64,000 nucleotides of DNA from Candidatus Eiseniibacteriota bacterium. GTDB taxonomy: Bacteria > Eisenbacteria > RBG-16-71-46 > CAIMUX01 > VGJL01. The notes under the pieces were generated by a model. That model made no database searches and was not told the DNA's origin. It saw only the letters and a list, made by a program, of their open reading frames with translations. The position numbers were made by a program, and so were the translations under genes. Shown here piece after piece: positions 8,913 to 20,656 of the stretch (position 1 is its first letter; each line of letters starts with the position of its first letter). Where the stretch lies: positions 1,056,001 through 1,120,000 of the forward strand of contig CAWBWI010000001.1 of the NCBI GenBank assembly GCA_963792585.1, written 5' to 3'.

Positions 8913-9567
8913 ATGGAGTCGAAGCCCCCGAACAGAGATAGGCTCGCGCAACAGATCGACGGACTCGCGGCGCGTTTCGGCGCACCGGTCCGAGAGTTGA
9001 TCCATATCCCCCAAGTCAACCGAAGCGTTGGTCCGGCAGGCTTCCCGCTCTCGAGCCGCCGAACCGCAGAGGTGGTGCTCATCATCCCCCGGCCCGATCG
9101 GAAGGTCCTCGTCCACACCAAGAGCTTCTACCCCTCCGGGGTCTGGCGACTTCCTACAGGTGGCCTTCATCGGGGGGAACGCATCGACGACGCCATCCGA
9201 CGGGAGGCCAGGGAAGAGACCGGGAATGAGCTTCTCCCCTTTCGCTTCCTCTTCCACTTGCGATTCCGGTGGGAGGGGGCTGCGAAGCAATTCGACAGCT
9301 ACGGATTCCTGACGACGGAGGCATCGGAACGGATCGAGAGCCGAGATCCGCGCGAGCAGATCACCGCATTCCACGACGCAGGCCGGGAGGAATTCGACCT
9401 CGATCACGCGTACCCTGGAAGGGATGATGGGGTCATGGTTTTCGTGGGGGCGCTTTCGAGCCGCCCCCCACCGATTGCTTCTCCAACTCTGGTCCAGGAC
9501 GGGCGGGCCGGGAGATCTCGCCCTCGACAGCGGCGAGACCCCGGATTCCCCTATGCCTTCCCCATGA
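8913..9567 (+). CDS. NUDIX hydrolase, probable indel near 9400
   Basis: Nudix box [22 protein letters not shown]; the alternative frame continues as ..[10 protein letters not shown] and stops at 9567. Confidence 0.75.
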
Positions 9568-10696
9568 CGGCATTCGAGACGATGTAGCGCTGGATCTGGC
9601 TCGTTCCCTCGTAGATCTGGAAGACCTTCGCGTCCCGCATCAGCTTCTCGACCGGGTATTCCCGGTTGTAGCCGTATCCACCGAAGATCTGGACGGCGTC
9701 CGTCGTCACCCGCATCGCCGTGTCGGCCGCCATCATCTTCGCGGTCGCGGCCTCCAAGGTGTTTCGCTCGCCGCGATCGATCTTCCATGCCGCCTTCCAG
9801 ACGAGCATGCGCGCCGCCTCGATGTCCCTGACCATCTCGGCGATCATGAACCCGATCGACTGGTGGCGGGCGATCGGAACGCCGAACGCATGGCGCTCCT
9901 TCGCATAGCGGATCGCGTGCTCCATCGCGCAACGCGCCACGCCGACGGCGGCGGCGGCCACCGGAGGGCGTGTATGGTCGAATGCGCTCATCGCGAGGAA
10001 GAAACCGCGTCCTTCACCGCCGATTCGGTTGGACTCGGGCACGACGACGTCGTGGAAGGTGATCCCGCGCGTGTCGCTCGCACGCTGGCCGAGGTTCTGC
10101 TCCTTCTTCCCGACCTCGATCCCAGGCGTGTCCCGCGGCACGACGAACGCGCTCATCCCGCGCGCTCCCCTCTTGGGATCGGTGAGGACGAGAACGAAGT
10201 ACCAATCGGCCACCCCGCCGTTGGTGATCCACATCTTGCTCCCGTTGATCACGTACTCGTTGCCCACCTTGCGCGCCGTGGTCTTGATCCCGGCCACATC
10301 GGAGCCGGCGTCCGGCTCGGTGACGCAGTAGGCGGCGAGCTTGAATTCGTTGACCATCATGCCGAGCCACTTCTTCTTCTGGTCGTCGGTTCCCCCGACG
10401 ATGACGGGCGCCTCGGCGAGGGTGTTCGCCTCGAGCGCCGTCCCGATTCCGGAGCAGGCCGCGGCCATTTCCTCCGCGATCAGGCAACCGTCGACGACGG
10501 ACAGCCCGAGCCCGCCGTATTCGGCTGGGATGTGGGTGTTCATCAACCCGGTCTCCCAAGCCTTCTTGCAGATCTCCCACGGGAACTCCCCCGTCTCGTC
10601 GTGGTGGGCCGCCTTGGGCGCGATCTCGCGGGTGGCGAATTCCCGGGCGAGCTTTTGAAACGCGAGCTGGTCTTCCGACAGTTCGAAGTCGATCAT
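9551..10696 (-). CDS. Acyl-CoA dehydrogenase
   Basis: [35 protein letters not shown]. Confidence 0.95.
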   Translation of the reverse strand: MIDFELSEDQLAFQKLAREFATREIAPKAAHHDETGEFPWEICKKAWETGLMNTHIPAEYGGLGLSVVDGCLIAEEMAAACSGIGTALEANTLAEAPVIVGGTDDQKKKWLGMMVNEFKLAAYCVTEPDAGSDVAGIKTTARKVGNEYVINGSKMWITNGGVADWYFVLVLTDPKRGARGMSAFVVPRDTPGIEVGKKEQNLGQRASDTRGITFHDVVVPESNRIGGEGRGFFLAMSAFDHTRPPVAAAAVGVARCAMEHAIRYAKERHAFGVPIARHQSIGFMIAEMVRDIEAARMLVWKAAWKIDRGERNTLEAATAKMMAADTAMRVTTDAVQIFGGYGYNREYPVEKLMRDAKVFQIYEGTSQIQRYIVSNAVMGKA

Positions 10697-10803
10697 CCCT
10701 TCCTCCCCGCGGCGACGCCGCACCGCTGCAGTCTATGAAGCCGGTCGGGCCGCAGCAAGCCGTCGCCTGCGCCATGCTAGACTGACCGGCAGGGAAAGAC
10801 CTC

Positions 10804-11535
10804 ATGAAACAGTCGGGAAAGACGGCCCTGATCACCGGCGCGGCGCGACGGGTCGGACGGACGATCGCCCTTCGCCTTGCCGCAGAGGGGATGGTCGTGG
10901 CCGTGCATGCGAACAGCTCGTCCCGGGCTGCGGAGATGCTGGTTGCGGAGATCCGCTCCGCCGGCGGAGCCGCGCGCGCGTACGACTTCGATCTCGCAGG
11001 GTCCGAGCAGGCGGAGGCGCTCGCACGCGCGGTGCTGGCGGACTATCCCCAGGTCGATCTGCTCGTCAACAACGCCTCCACATGGCCAAGAACACCGATT
11101 GCATCCCTGACCCCCGAGGAGTTCGACCGCACTCTCGCCGTGAACCTCCGGTCCCCCTTTCTGCTCGCGCTCGCCCTCGGACGGGAAATGAAACGGAGCG
11201 GATCGGGGCTGATCGTCAACATGCTCGATTGGTCGATCGATCGGCCCTACCCTGACTACGTCCCGTATGGAATCGCGAAGGCCGGCTTGTGGGCCGCGAC
11301 CCGGGGCCTCGCGCGCGCGCTCGCTCCCGAGGTGCGCGTCAACGGCGTAGCGCCGGGGACGGTCCTCCTGCCTCAAGGGATCGACGAAGGTCGCGCCGAG
11401 GCGATTCGACGGGCGATCCCGATGGGGCGGGTAGGAGACCCCGATGACATCGCCGATGCGATCGTCTATCTGCTCGGTGCGGAATACGCGACGGGAACGA
11501 TCCTCACGGTCGACGGAGGTCGATCGCTTCGCTAG
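10804..11535 (+). CDS. SDR oxidoreductase, pteridine reductase/FolM-like
   Basis: TGAARRVG, LVNNAS, YxxxK (YGIAK), VDGGR. Confidence 0.9.
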   Translation: MKQSGKTALITGAARRVGRTIALRLAAEGMVVAVHANSSSRAAEMLVAEIRSAGGAARAYDFDLAGSEQAEALARAVLADYPQVDLLVNNASTWPRTPIASLTPEEFDRTLAVNLRSPFLLALALGREMKRSGSGLIVNMLDWSIDRPYPDYVPYGIAKAGLWAATRGLARALAPEVRVNGVAPGTVLLPQGIDEGRAEAIRRAIPMGRVGDPDDIADAIVYLLGAEYATGTILTVDGGRSLR

Positions 11536-13342
11536 CGGGAGCCCAGCGGGGACGCGCCGCGCTCATCCGGGAAAGCCACGCCCGCCGCGTGGTCGCATCG
11601 AGTGGTAGGAGGGTCGGCCTGGACGGATCGCCCGCGATTCCGAGGTCGAGACTTCCCTTACCGCCGATCAGTCTCAGGAGGCGCCCAACCTGACCATCCC
11701 CTCGGGCCACGACGCGAAAGAGCCCCAAGATGGAGTCTTCCGAAGCGTAACCCAGGCTTCCCGCGATCGTGAGTTCCTTGGCGTCGATCGTGAGCGAATC
11801 GGCCCAGATCTTCCCGGAGTCCCAGAGCCAGCGTGCGCGTGCGTGGTCGATTCGCAGGGAGCTGCGGGAACGGCTTCCGACAAGACTCGAGACATCTTCC
11901 AGCAAGGGCAGATCCGCAACCCGGCCTCCGGAGAGGACCGAGCCTCCGGTCGCACGCCACCCATACGGGGATTTCCAGACCAAGGCTTCGGTCGCCATGG
12001 GACCCGCCCAGGTGCCCGGGAGGGAGACGCGGAAGAGCGGCAGGATTCGCTCGATCGACACCTTGGCGAGTCGAATCCGAAACGGGGACTCGACCCTGCC
12101 CGTTCCTCCCAGCAGGGAAAGGGCGCCCTCGTCGATCAGCAGTTCCCCGCGGAAGCGACCCTCGGTTTTCGGGGCGGCGAGATTGGCGGTGAACTCCAGC
12201 GGACCGACATCCTCATCACCGAATCGAACCGAGGGCGCGAAGATCGTCCACCGATCCGCAGCGCGCCTCAACGCCCCGCGGACTCGAAACGGCCGACCGT
12301 CTACAGATCCCGCGAGGGCGCACCAACCCGTCCCCTCGGTCCGGGTGATCGGCATGGCCAGGCTACCGGTGATCCGGGTGGAGTCCCGCTCCAGACTGAA
12401 GTCCTCGAAGCTCAGAGTGTCCCCGCCCACGCAGACCGTGCCGTCCACGGTCCAGGCCGGACCGACACCGATCGAGAGGCGTCCGTCGCGCACATGGGCC
12501 TCGCCGTCGAGACCCGCCCGTTCGCCGCGCTCCACCCAGACGTCGACCTCTCCCTCGAACGCGAGCGAGGACCGATACGGATCCAGCGGAGGGAGCGCGA
12601 GAAGGAGGCGTCCATCGTCTCGGGCCGATGCCCTCCACGTCCATGGACCTCCCACGGGACGGCGTGCTGCAAGGTCGAGTCGGTGCCGGGAATCGGAGGA
12701 GAAGTCCGCCTGGACTTCTGCGGCGCCCACGCGTCCGGTTCCTCGGGCGCCGAAATCCACCCCTCGACCATCGGTCAACACGATCCGCGCCTCGCACTCC
12801 CATGCCGCGCGGCGCGGCGCCCAAGCCCGGCCGACGATTCGATCGACGCGGTAGTTCCCTCTCCGGAACCCCACATCCAGCAACTTGAACCGCATCGAAT
12901 TGCGATCCGCGGGCAGAGGCTTCGCGGGTTCGAGGGTATCCGCCAGCCCCTCGAGGATGGCGCGGCACCACGGCTCGGTCACGGGATCGGCCTCGATGCG
13001 CAGCCCCTCCGCGGAGATTGCCGTGATCTGCACCCCCCCGCGCACGAGGCGCAAAGGTCGCACCGCGATGTCGAGCTTGCGGCACTCGACCGACAGGGAA
13101 TCCGAGGCCATCCACTGGACATCCGACCAGGAGAGGGTCGGAGGCACTCCGAGGTGAAAGGTCGGTCCGGATCCCCGCGGGGCGCGCCCGGGCAGACCCG
13201 CTTCCTGCCAATGGGAAAGCCAGCGCGCCCCCGCGCGCGGCAGCGCCCACTGCGAGAGCAGGAGTCCTCCCGCGGCGAGCACAATCGCGGCGATCCCGAG
13301 GACCGTGAGCCATCGCGCGACCCGTGGCGAGGGCGCGGACAC
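11504..13342 (-). CDS. AsmA-like envelope protein
   Basis: N-terminal TM anchor; beta-rich body; C-terminal 'LGIAGDPSRP' AsmA_2-like ending. Confidence 0.55.
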   Translation of the reverse strand: MSAPSPRVARWLTVLGIAAIVLAAGGLLLSQWALPRAGARWLSHWQEAGLPGRAPRGSGPTFHLGVPPTLSWSDVQWMASDSLSVECRKLDIAVRPLRLVRGGVQITAISAEGLRIEADPVTEPWCRAILEGLADTLEPAKPLPADRNSMRFKLLDVGFRRGNYRVDRIVGRAWAPRRAAWECEARIVLTDGRGVDFGARGTGRVGAAEVQADFSSDSRHRLDLAARRPVGGPWTWRASARDDGRLLLALPPLDPYRSSLAFEGEVDVWVERGERAGLDGEAHVRDGRLSIGVGPAWTVDGTVCVGGDTLSFEDFSLERDSTRITGSLAMPITRTEGTGWCALAGSVDGRPFRVRGALRRAADRWTIFAPSVRFGDEDVGPLEFTANLAAPKTEGRFRGELLIDEGALSLLGGTGRVESPFRIRLAKVSIERILPLFRVSLPGTWAGPMATEALVWKSPYGWRATGGSVLSGGRVADLPLLEDVSSLVGSRSRSSLRIDHARARWLWDSGKIWADSLTIDAKELTIAGSLGYASEDSILGLFRVVARGDGQVGRLLRLIGGKGSLDLGIAGDPSRPTLLPLDATTRRAWLSRMSAARPRWAPASEAIDLRRP

Positions 13343-13696
13343 TTAGCCTCCGACCACTGGGGGTGGTTTGGTGCCTTGCGGCTCGACGGGATCCGCCCTG
13401 CGGGCGAGGAGCCAATAGACGTTCCCATCCCCGACCGTCTGGAAGGAATAGGGAACGCCGGAGGGCACGTGCAGGCGGGCGCCTGCGCCCAGTTCGACGA
13501 GAGTCTCGTTGCTTCGCACCTCAACGACTCCATGAATGACGAGGATCAGGACTTCCGCGTCGAAAGCCTGATCCGAGAGGCGCGCACCCGGGGGCGTCAC
13601 ACAGCGATCGACCGTGTACCCTTGTTCCCGAAGGTCCGCTTCCGCGCGCTCGAGGTGTCGTCGCAAGGACGAAAGCGCGTCGGAATCGCCAATCAC
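13343..13696 (-). CDS. Cupin-domain protein
   Basis: VIHGVVEV..LGAGARLHVPSGVPYS cupin pattern; GTG start overlaps the upstream stop. Confidence 0.65.
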   Translation of the reverse strand: MIGDSDALSSLRRHLERAEADLREQGYTVDRCVTPPGARLSDQAFDAEVLILVIHGVVEVRSNETLVELGAGARLHVPSGVPYSFQTVGDGNVYWLLARRADPVEPQGTKPPPVVGG

Positions 13697-14832
13697 CGGC
13701 TCGCCGTTTGGAGGGTCCGCGTCAGCCAAGTGGGCTCGGTCCAGAGGCCGACGATCGTCACGGGGGTCCCTACGTTCAGCTTCGAGAAGATCCGATCGAG
13801 GTGGTCGTTCCGGAGGCTGATGCATCCGAACGTCCAGTCCTGCCCCTTGCCCCCCTCGCCGTGGATTTCGATCAGCCCGCCGATGCGCGCGCTGCGCGAC
13901 ATCATTCCACTCGAGGTGAGGCGGTTGAAACGCCGGCGGTCCTCGTCGTTCGGATAGTTGATGAGGCAGGCCTTGTGGTACCGCGATTGGCCGTTCCCCA
14001 TCTTGCGGACGATGCGGTAGCGTCCTTCGGGCGTCGCGGAGTCGCCGGAACGAATCTTCTGGTCGAGCCACCCGGGACCGAATTCCGCCGGATAGTTCTC
14101 CACACTCTCACCGCCGCGGACGATGTGCACGCGGTGGTTGAGCTTGTCGACGACCACGGCCACGTCTCCCGTGCGCCGGGACCACTCGAGCGTCTCCCGG
14201 AGATCCACGTTCCATTCAGGACGACGCTCGAGGAATCGCTGCAGCAGATCGCGCACGTTCTGCAAAGCCAGGTTCATCTCCCCGCGCGCGATCCCCATCG
14301 CCTCGAGGGCTTCGGCGCTCTCTCTGCCGTTCAACTTGGCTTCCGCGGCGCGCACACGCGCTTCCGCGGTGAAGACATGACGGAGCGCGACGTGGTAGCG
14401 ACCCGGTAGGCGCAGAAGGAGGTCCCGAATTTCCGCGGCCTCCGCCCGAATCTGAAGGATCGAATCGTCGATCTTCGCTTGGCGGTCCGCCGCTTCCTTG
14501 CGCGCCTCCTCCATTGTCTTCGCAGTGAGATTCTGAGCATCGACGATCAGACGACGCGTCTTGCCGTAGTCCCGCAAGAATGCCGGACGACCGAACTGGA
14601 CCATCATCGCGGACCGCGCTTCGCGAAGTTTGTCCTTCGCGGCCTGATATGTCCTTGGGGCGTCGTAGTCGGCCTTCGCCTCCCGGGCAAGATTCAAATA
14701 CCGCTCCCCGGCCAGGAGATTGGCGGTGGGTGCCTCCTCTCGCTGGACGGCAAAGAGAACGACGAGGCAGACCGCCACTAGGGCGATCGCCCCCCCGATC
14801 CAGCCACCACGATTTCGCTTCGGTCGACGCAT
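13693..14832 (-). CDS. L,D-transpeptidase (YkuD) with N-terminal TM and helical region
   Basis: GDSATPEGRY, IEIHG..WTFGCI catalytic motif, GTPVTI. Confidence 0.9.
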   Translation of the reverse strand: MRRPKRNRGGWIGGAIALVAVCLVVLFAVQREEAPTANLLAGERYLNLAREAKADYDAPRTYQAAKDKLREARSAMMVQFGRPAFLRDYGKTRRLIVDAQNLTAKTMEEARKEAADRQAKIDDSILQIRAEAAEIRDLLLRLPGRYHVALRHVFTAEARVRAAEAKLNGRESAEALEAMGIARGEMNLALQNVRDLLQRFLERRPEWNVDLRETLEWSRRTGDVAVVVDKLNHRVHIVRGGESVENYPAEFGPGWLDQKIRSGDSATPEGRYRIVRKMGNGQSRYHKACLINYPNDEDRRRFNRLTSSGMMSRSARIGGLIEIHGEGGKGQDWTFGCISLRNDHLDRIFSKLNVGTPVTIVGLWTEPTWLTRTLQTASR

Positions 14833-15321
14833 CTAAAAACGAACCCCCGTTCTCTGGATCCCTCTTGCCGCTTACAGGAGCGGAACATACGGCCCTGATC
14901 CAGGCCCGTCAAGTGTACCAAGGTCCCAGGGCCGATTCAGGTTCCCTTAGAATTCTCGACCATTGGGTCGCTCAAGAAAAGGACTTCTCTCCTCCGCGGT
15001 CCGAGGGGCGCTCTCGAGACACGAAATCGCGCCGACCGCCTCATATTGCGGGTGGCCCTCTCCGGTCGATCTTCCCGGGCAATCTGCCGGAGCGCCCGGC
15101 ATCCGATACCGACAGGAGGCTGGATTTGGCTCCCGATCCGCATCCCGTTTGCCGAAAGAAGCGTTGGGATCATCGGTGTCAGCAGTCCCGACGAGAGAAC
15201 CGCGCGACCGCACGTCGGGGCTTGTCCTCGTTCGTCGAAGCGGTTCGGGACGGCGAGACACCGACCAAGTGCCGGCTTGCGATTGCAGCGCTCCCACGTT
15301 CATAAGGAGGAAATCGGCGCG

Positions 15322-15762
15322 ATGATGTCGAATGCGGACTATCGGATCCTTGTCGCGGAAGACGACCCGACCAACCAGTATGTGTTTCGGGCGATCCTCA
15401 GGAGCGCCGGGTACGAGCCCGTTATCGTGGAGAACGGTCTGCAGGCGCTCGAACGGGCGCGCATCGAGACTCCTCACTTGTTCCTCCTCGATATGATGAT
15501 GCCCGTGATGGACGGCTATGAAACCGCCTGGCGCATCGTTCAGGATCCGATCTTCGACGGAGTGCCGATCGTCGCCCTGACGGCCCGCGCAATGCAGGGG
15601 GACGCCGACCGGACCCTCCAGGCGGGATGCGACGACTACCTTGCGAAGCCGATCCGAAGGCAAGAGTTCCTCGACAAGGTCGCCGCCTGGCTGACCAAGT
15701 CCCAGGAGAGTTGGATGCCGCGCCGCCTGGCGATGCGCGTCCCCAACGAGAGAATCGCGTAG
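15322..15762 (+). CDS. Single-domain response regulator, DivK/CheY-like
   Basis: AAGGAGG RBS; ILVAEDD, LLDMMMPVMDG, ALTA, GCDDYLAKP. Confidence 0.9.
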   Translation: MMSNADYRILVAEDDPTNQYVFRAILRSAGYEPVIVENGLQALERARIETPHLFLLDMMMPVMDGYETAWRIVQDPIFDGVPIVALTARAMQGDADRTLQAGCDDYLAKPIRRQEFLDKVAAWLTKSQESWMPRRLAMRVPNERIA

Positions 15763-15941
15763 TCTGTCTCAGGCGATTTCCGGCGCAATGCGGGGGTGGG
15801 GCGTTTCTCCCCACCCTCTCTCGGCACTCTTCCCCCTTTTGCAGCTTGCCATGGAACCTCGAAGCGCGACAGAATCACGGGCGTTGGCATTGGGACCCGG
15901 TCCCCAGACCGGGAGGGGTGTGTTTTTCATAGGAGGGGAAA

Positions 15942-17286
15942 GTGCCGAACTCGGTTTCGTCCTTCATGGAGTACGTCAAATCCAAGAACCCCGGAGAAAA
16001 AGAGTTCCACCAGGCAGTCCACGAGGTCGTCGAGTCGATCTGGCCGTTCCTCGAGCAGCACCCGCACTATCTCGAGGCCAAGATCATGGAGCGGATCGTC
16101 GAGCCCGAGCGGATCATCATGTTCCGCGTCCCGTGGCTGGATGACAAGGGCGCCGTCCAGGTCAACAAGGGCTATCGCGTCGAGTTCAACAGCGCCATCG
16201 GTCCCTACAAGGGCGGCCTTCGCTTCCACCCGACCGTCAACCTCGGCATCCTGAAGTTCCTGGGCTTCGAGCAGGTCTTCAAGAACAGCCTCACCACGCT
16301 GCCCGATGGGCGGCGGCAAGGGTGGATCCGACTTCGATCCGAAGGGAAAGTCGGACAACGAGGTCATGCGTTTCTGCCAGAGCTTCATGACCGAGCTGCA
16401 GCGCCACATCGGCGCCAACACCGACGTCCCCGCCGGCGACATCGGCGTCGGCGGCCGTGAGATCGGCTTCATGTTCGGGCAGTACAAGCGGCTCCGCAAC
16501 GAGTTCACCGGCGTGCTCACCGGCAAGGGGCTCAACTGGGGCGGCAGCCTCATTCGTCCCGAAGCCACCGGCTACGGCACGGTCTACTTCGCCCAGGAGC
16601 AGCTGGCGAACGCGCGGCGAATCGTTCAAGGGCAAGATCGTCGCGGTCTCCGGCTCGGGCAACGTGGCGCAGTACGCGGTCGAGAAGGTCAACGAGCTCG
16701 GCGGCAAGTGCGTCACGCTCTCCGACTCCAACGGCACGATCCACGACCCGAAGCGGGATCGACGCCGAGAAGCTCGCGTACGTCATGCGAGCTGAAGAAC
16801 GTCAAGCGCGGCCGGATCCAGGAGTACGCGACGAAGTACAAGTGCGAGTACCTCGAAGGCAAGCGTCCGTGGGGCGTCAAGTGCGACGTCGCCCTGCCCT
16901 GCGCGACCCAGAACGAGGTCAGCGGCGACGACGCCGCGACGCTCGTGAAGAACGGCTGCATCTGCGTCGCCGAGGGCGCGAACATGCCGACCGAGCCGGC
17001 CGGCATCGAGGTCTTCCTCAAGGCCAAGATCCTCTACGGCCCGGGCAAGGCCGCCAACGCCGGCGGCGTCGCCACCTCCGGCCTCGAGATGTCGCAGAAC
17101 TCCCTGCGCCTCTCCTGGACGCGCGAGGAGGTCGACCAGCGCCTGCACGGGATCATGAAGAGCATCCACGCGACCTGCGTGAAGTACGGCAAGCAGCCGG
17201 ACGGCTACATCAACTACGTCACCGGCGCGAACATCGGCGGCTTCATCAAGGTGGCCGACTCGATGCTCGACCAGGGCGTCGTCTAG
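15942..17286 (+). CDS. gdhA: NADP-specific glutamate dehydrogenase, with several indels that are probably sequence errors
   Basis: [51 protein letters not shown] across three frames. Confidence 0.93.
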
Positions 17287-17313
17287 TCAAGATTCCGACC
17301 GATCGGAGTGCGC

Positions 17314-17350
17314 AAGAGCCCGGAACGCCTAACGGCGTTCCGGGCCTCTT
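17314..17350. terminator. Bidirectional terminator between convergent genes
   Basis: AAGAG-CCCGGAACGCC-TAAC-GGCGTTCCGGG-CCTCTT. Confidence 0.75.
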
Positions 17351-17376
17351 CTCTGGCGGCATTCCTCGAGGTCGTG

Positions 17377-20372
17377 CTAGACCCCGGTCTTCAGCACGAG
17401 ACCGCGCCGGGAGCGGCCGTCGACCCGGACGTCGAGAGGACGATCGAGCCGGACGTGCCGGAGGAAGACCGTCTCCTTGAAGACCGGCTGCGCGGCGAGC
17501 CACTCGTAGTCGACGAAGCTCTCTTCCGTCACCCCGGTGGATGTTGAAGTAGCCGATCCCGAACGCGGTCAGGTTCTGAAAGAAGTGCGTCCCCTCCGAC
17601 GGCGTGACCGGACGTTTCGCCGAGGTCGGTTTCGATGATCGCGCCCGTCGCCAGCGATCTGATGCCACTCGACAGGGATTCCAAGCCACGGGTCCGAGGT
17701 GCCCCAACGGCCGGGACCGATCAGGAGATACGGCCGCCCTTCGCGGATCAAGTCGGCGTTCAGGATTCCGACCTCCTGCGCCACGGCGTGGGTGCGGCTG
17801 CGCTCGAACGCTTCCGGGCGGCACGTACAGGATGTCGACGATATCGCGGATCCGTCCCTGTCCGAGGGCATGACTGCTTGCCACCAGAACATCCTCGCGG
17901 GGAACACTCCCGGCCAGTTCATCCATGTTCGCGGCCGCGACTTCGATCGCCATCGGACGAATCTGGAGGAAGGCGAATTCCGGCAGCCCCGCCCGTGGTC
18001 CGGAGCGAGGTTCGCAGCGAACTCGATCTCGACGGGGCAACTGACCAGCTCGGCTTCCAAGCGCCAGCAGGTGCGCCAGGATCCGGGGCAACGGGAACGC
18101 TTCGGTCTTCAGGATTGGCGCGAAGCGTGACGAGGCGGATCCCCTGCCGGGAGATTCCGTCGTAGACCGCGTCGTTGTCCGCCGAGTAGGTCGAGGCCAC
18201 GGCGCCCAAGGTTCCATGCGCCTCCGCGGTTTCGAGATCGAGGTGGACGATCGCCTCGTCCGCGTCCGCGTGGATGTGCCCGATCCTCCGGCCGAGGTCG
18301 AGGGCGTAGAAGTCCCGCTGGGCGTTCTCGAGATAGTCCGCCGTGCTCGAGAACTGCGGCATCGATCGAGGGCGGCCGGGTGAGAAGCGGACAGCGCGCT
18401 CCCCATCGACGACGGTCTTCCCCAAACCGAGCGCCACGAGGGCCACTCCGTCCTCGGGGCTCGTCCCCAGCACCGGGTAGTAGTTGTAGCAGCACGCCAC
18501 GCCCGCGAGATCGGGGTAGAAGTACGACTCGTGGCGCCTCCCGACGAGCTTCTGCAGCACGACCGCCATCTTCTCCTCTTCCATCCGGTGCTGGCGTGTT
18601 CTGGAGATAGGCCTTCGCATTGCGAAAGAAGATCGAGGCGTAGACGAGGCTGATCGCGTCGCAGAGGTGCTCGAACCGCACATCTTCGTCCGGATCGTTG
18701 TTCGCGAGCATGTAGGTCCGATAGATCCCGGCGAATGGCTGGTCGTGGGAGTCCTCGAGCATGCTCGAGGAGCGCACGGCGAGCGGTTAACGCATCCGCC
18801 GGATGTAGACACGCAGGTCTTCCAGAACCGCGTTCGAGAATAGTCCCGCGGAGAAACCCAGGGCGATCTCCTCGTCGGGGGCATCGGAGAGCGCGAGCTC
18901 GGCGAGATCGTTCCGTCTCAAGAATTCATCGAAGACATCCGTCCCGATCACGACCGACGGCGGGACGTAGATTCTGAACTCCGCGCAGATCTTCCGGCAT
19001 CTCGTGCTGGGAGAGAAGCGCGTTGATGAAGCCCAGACCACGCCCCTTTCCCCCCATCGATCCGGAGCCGATCCGGCCGAAGACGGTCGTCGGGTCGAAC
19101 TCGCGCAGCGAGAACTCGGCCACCACGCCGCGCCGCGCATCCGCTACGCAACCGACTGAAGACGTCGATCAGGTATCCCCGGAGCATTTCGATGCTCTCG
19201 AACTCGGAGACGCGGACGGGCCGGATCTTCGCGGCGAGTGCGAACTCCGTCCGGGCCATGCACCAGTTCGAGAAGTGGTTGCGGGTCGCGTGGTAGCGAA
19301 GAGAGTCGTCGGGGACCGAGGCCAGCGCTGCCGGCCATCGCGGCCAGGTCGCGGACACGCGCGCACCTCCCTGCCGTCGGGCAGGACGAAGACGAAATCG
19401 CCGAAACCGAGGCTCACCTGGATGAACCGGCGCAACTCCTCCAGCAGATGGGGAGAGCGCTTGTTCAGGAAGGCGGCCCCGAGGCGCCCGCCCTTCTCCG
19501 CGATCGTCTCGTCGGAGGACTGGATCAGGGCCGGCATGTCGGGATCGATCGTCTTCATGCGACGGACGAACTCGAGACCCGCCTCCGGGTCGGCGCGTCC
19601 CTTCACGAGGGAAGCGGGCGTCGGTGATGATCCCGAGCACGTGATCCCGGTAGCGCTCGAACAGCTCCCATCCCTCTTCGAAGCTCTCCGCGAGGAGGAT
19701 CTTCGGACGGGCCCTCATCCGTCGGAGCCGCTGCTTCGCGTTGACCCCGTCGACCATGAGCGATTGGTTCTGCCGCATCAACTCCATGTAGAGCAGCGGA
19801 AGATAGGACGAGTAGAAGCGCACGGAGTTCTCGATGAGGAGGATGATCCTCACGCCCGCCAGTTCGATGTCGCGCTCCAGCGTTGCTGCGGTCCTCGACG
19901 TACTTGATGATCGCCAGAAATATCCGAACATCGCCCCGCCAGACGAAGACCTGGTCGATCGCCGCGCGCCATTCCGACTCCTTCAGGCGAGCCGCCTCGA
20001 TCGAGTTGTAGGCGAGCAGGACGATCGGGCAGATCGGGGATAGCCTTCCTTCACCACGCGTCCGAACTTGCGGACGTCCATCTCGCCGAGTCGGGTCATC
20101 GTGATCACCAGGTCGAAGTGGCGCGCCTCCAAGAGCGCGAGGGCTTCCTCCCCCGTCGCGACCCGGGTGATCCGTGGCGCGGCGCTCAGGTTCAGCTGCA
20201 GATACTCGACGTCGAGACTCTCTCCGAGGAGCCCGTCCTCTTCCAGGATGTAGGAATCATAGGCGCTCGAGACCATCAGAATGTCGCGCACCCTGAAGGC
20301 CATGAGATCGGCGAAGACATCGTCTCGGTTCTGGTAGATCTCGATCGGCGTTCCGTGATTCGCTTCGTTCAC
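17377..20372 (-). CDS. Receiver-domain plus PEP/pyruvate-binding (PPDK_N-like) protein, multiply frameshifted
   Basis: Fragments ILMVSSAYDSYILEEDG, GSMGGKGRGLGF, RSSSMLEDSHDQPFAGIY, GPGRWGTSDPWLGIPV, SEGTHFFQN in successive frames. Confidence 0.85.
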
Positions 20373-20656
20373 GCCAGCCCCCCCGGATGCAGAGATCCCA
20401 TCTGTCGTTCTTCCGCGCTCAGGATAGAGGGCCGGTGATCCTCCTGTCGACCCGCGGGGCGCTGTTCTCGAGGGCCTCCCGGCGACGAAGCTCCCTGTGC
20501 AGTTCGACGATCAGCGGATGGCTCACGGGCGCCCTCCCCGGAGGGATCGTATCGCATGAGGGTTGGCCTTGATGAACATCCGTCGGGGGCTTACCCTTTG
20601 CTGCGGCTGCGCGTCCTCCGACGTCATCGGCGACGGCGGGGCGCCGAGGAGGCTTG

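Noticed and set aside
20419..20526. Small ORF (SHPLIVELHRELRRREALEN..) upstream of the PEP-binding gene
   Set aside because: It has a plausible RBS and GTG but no recognisable homology; not enough support.
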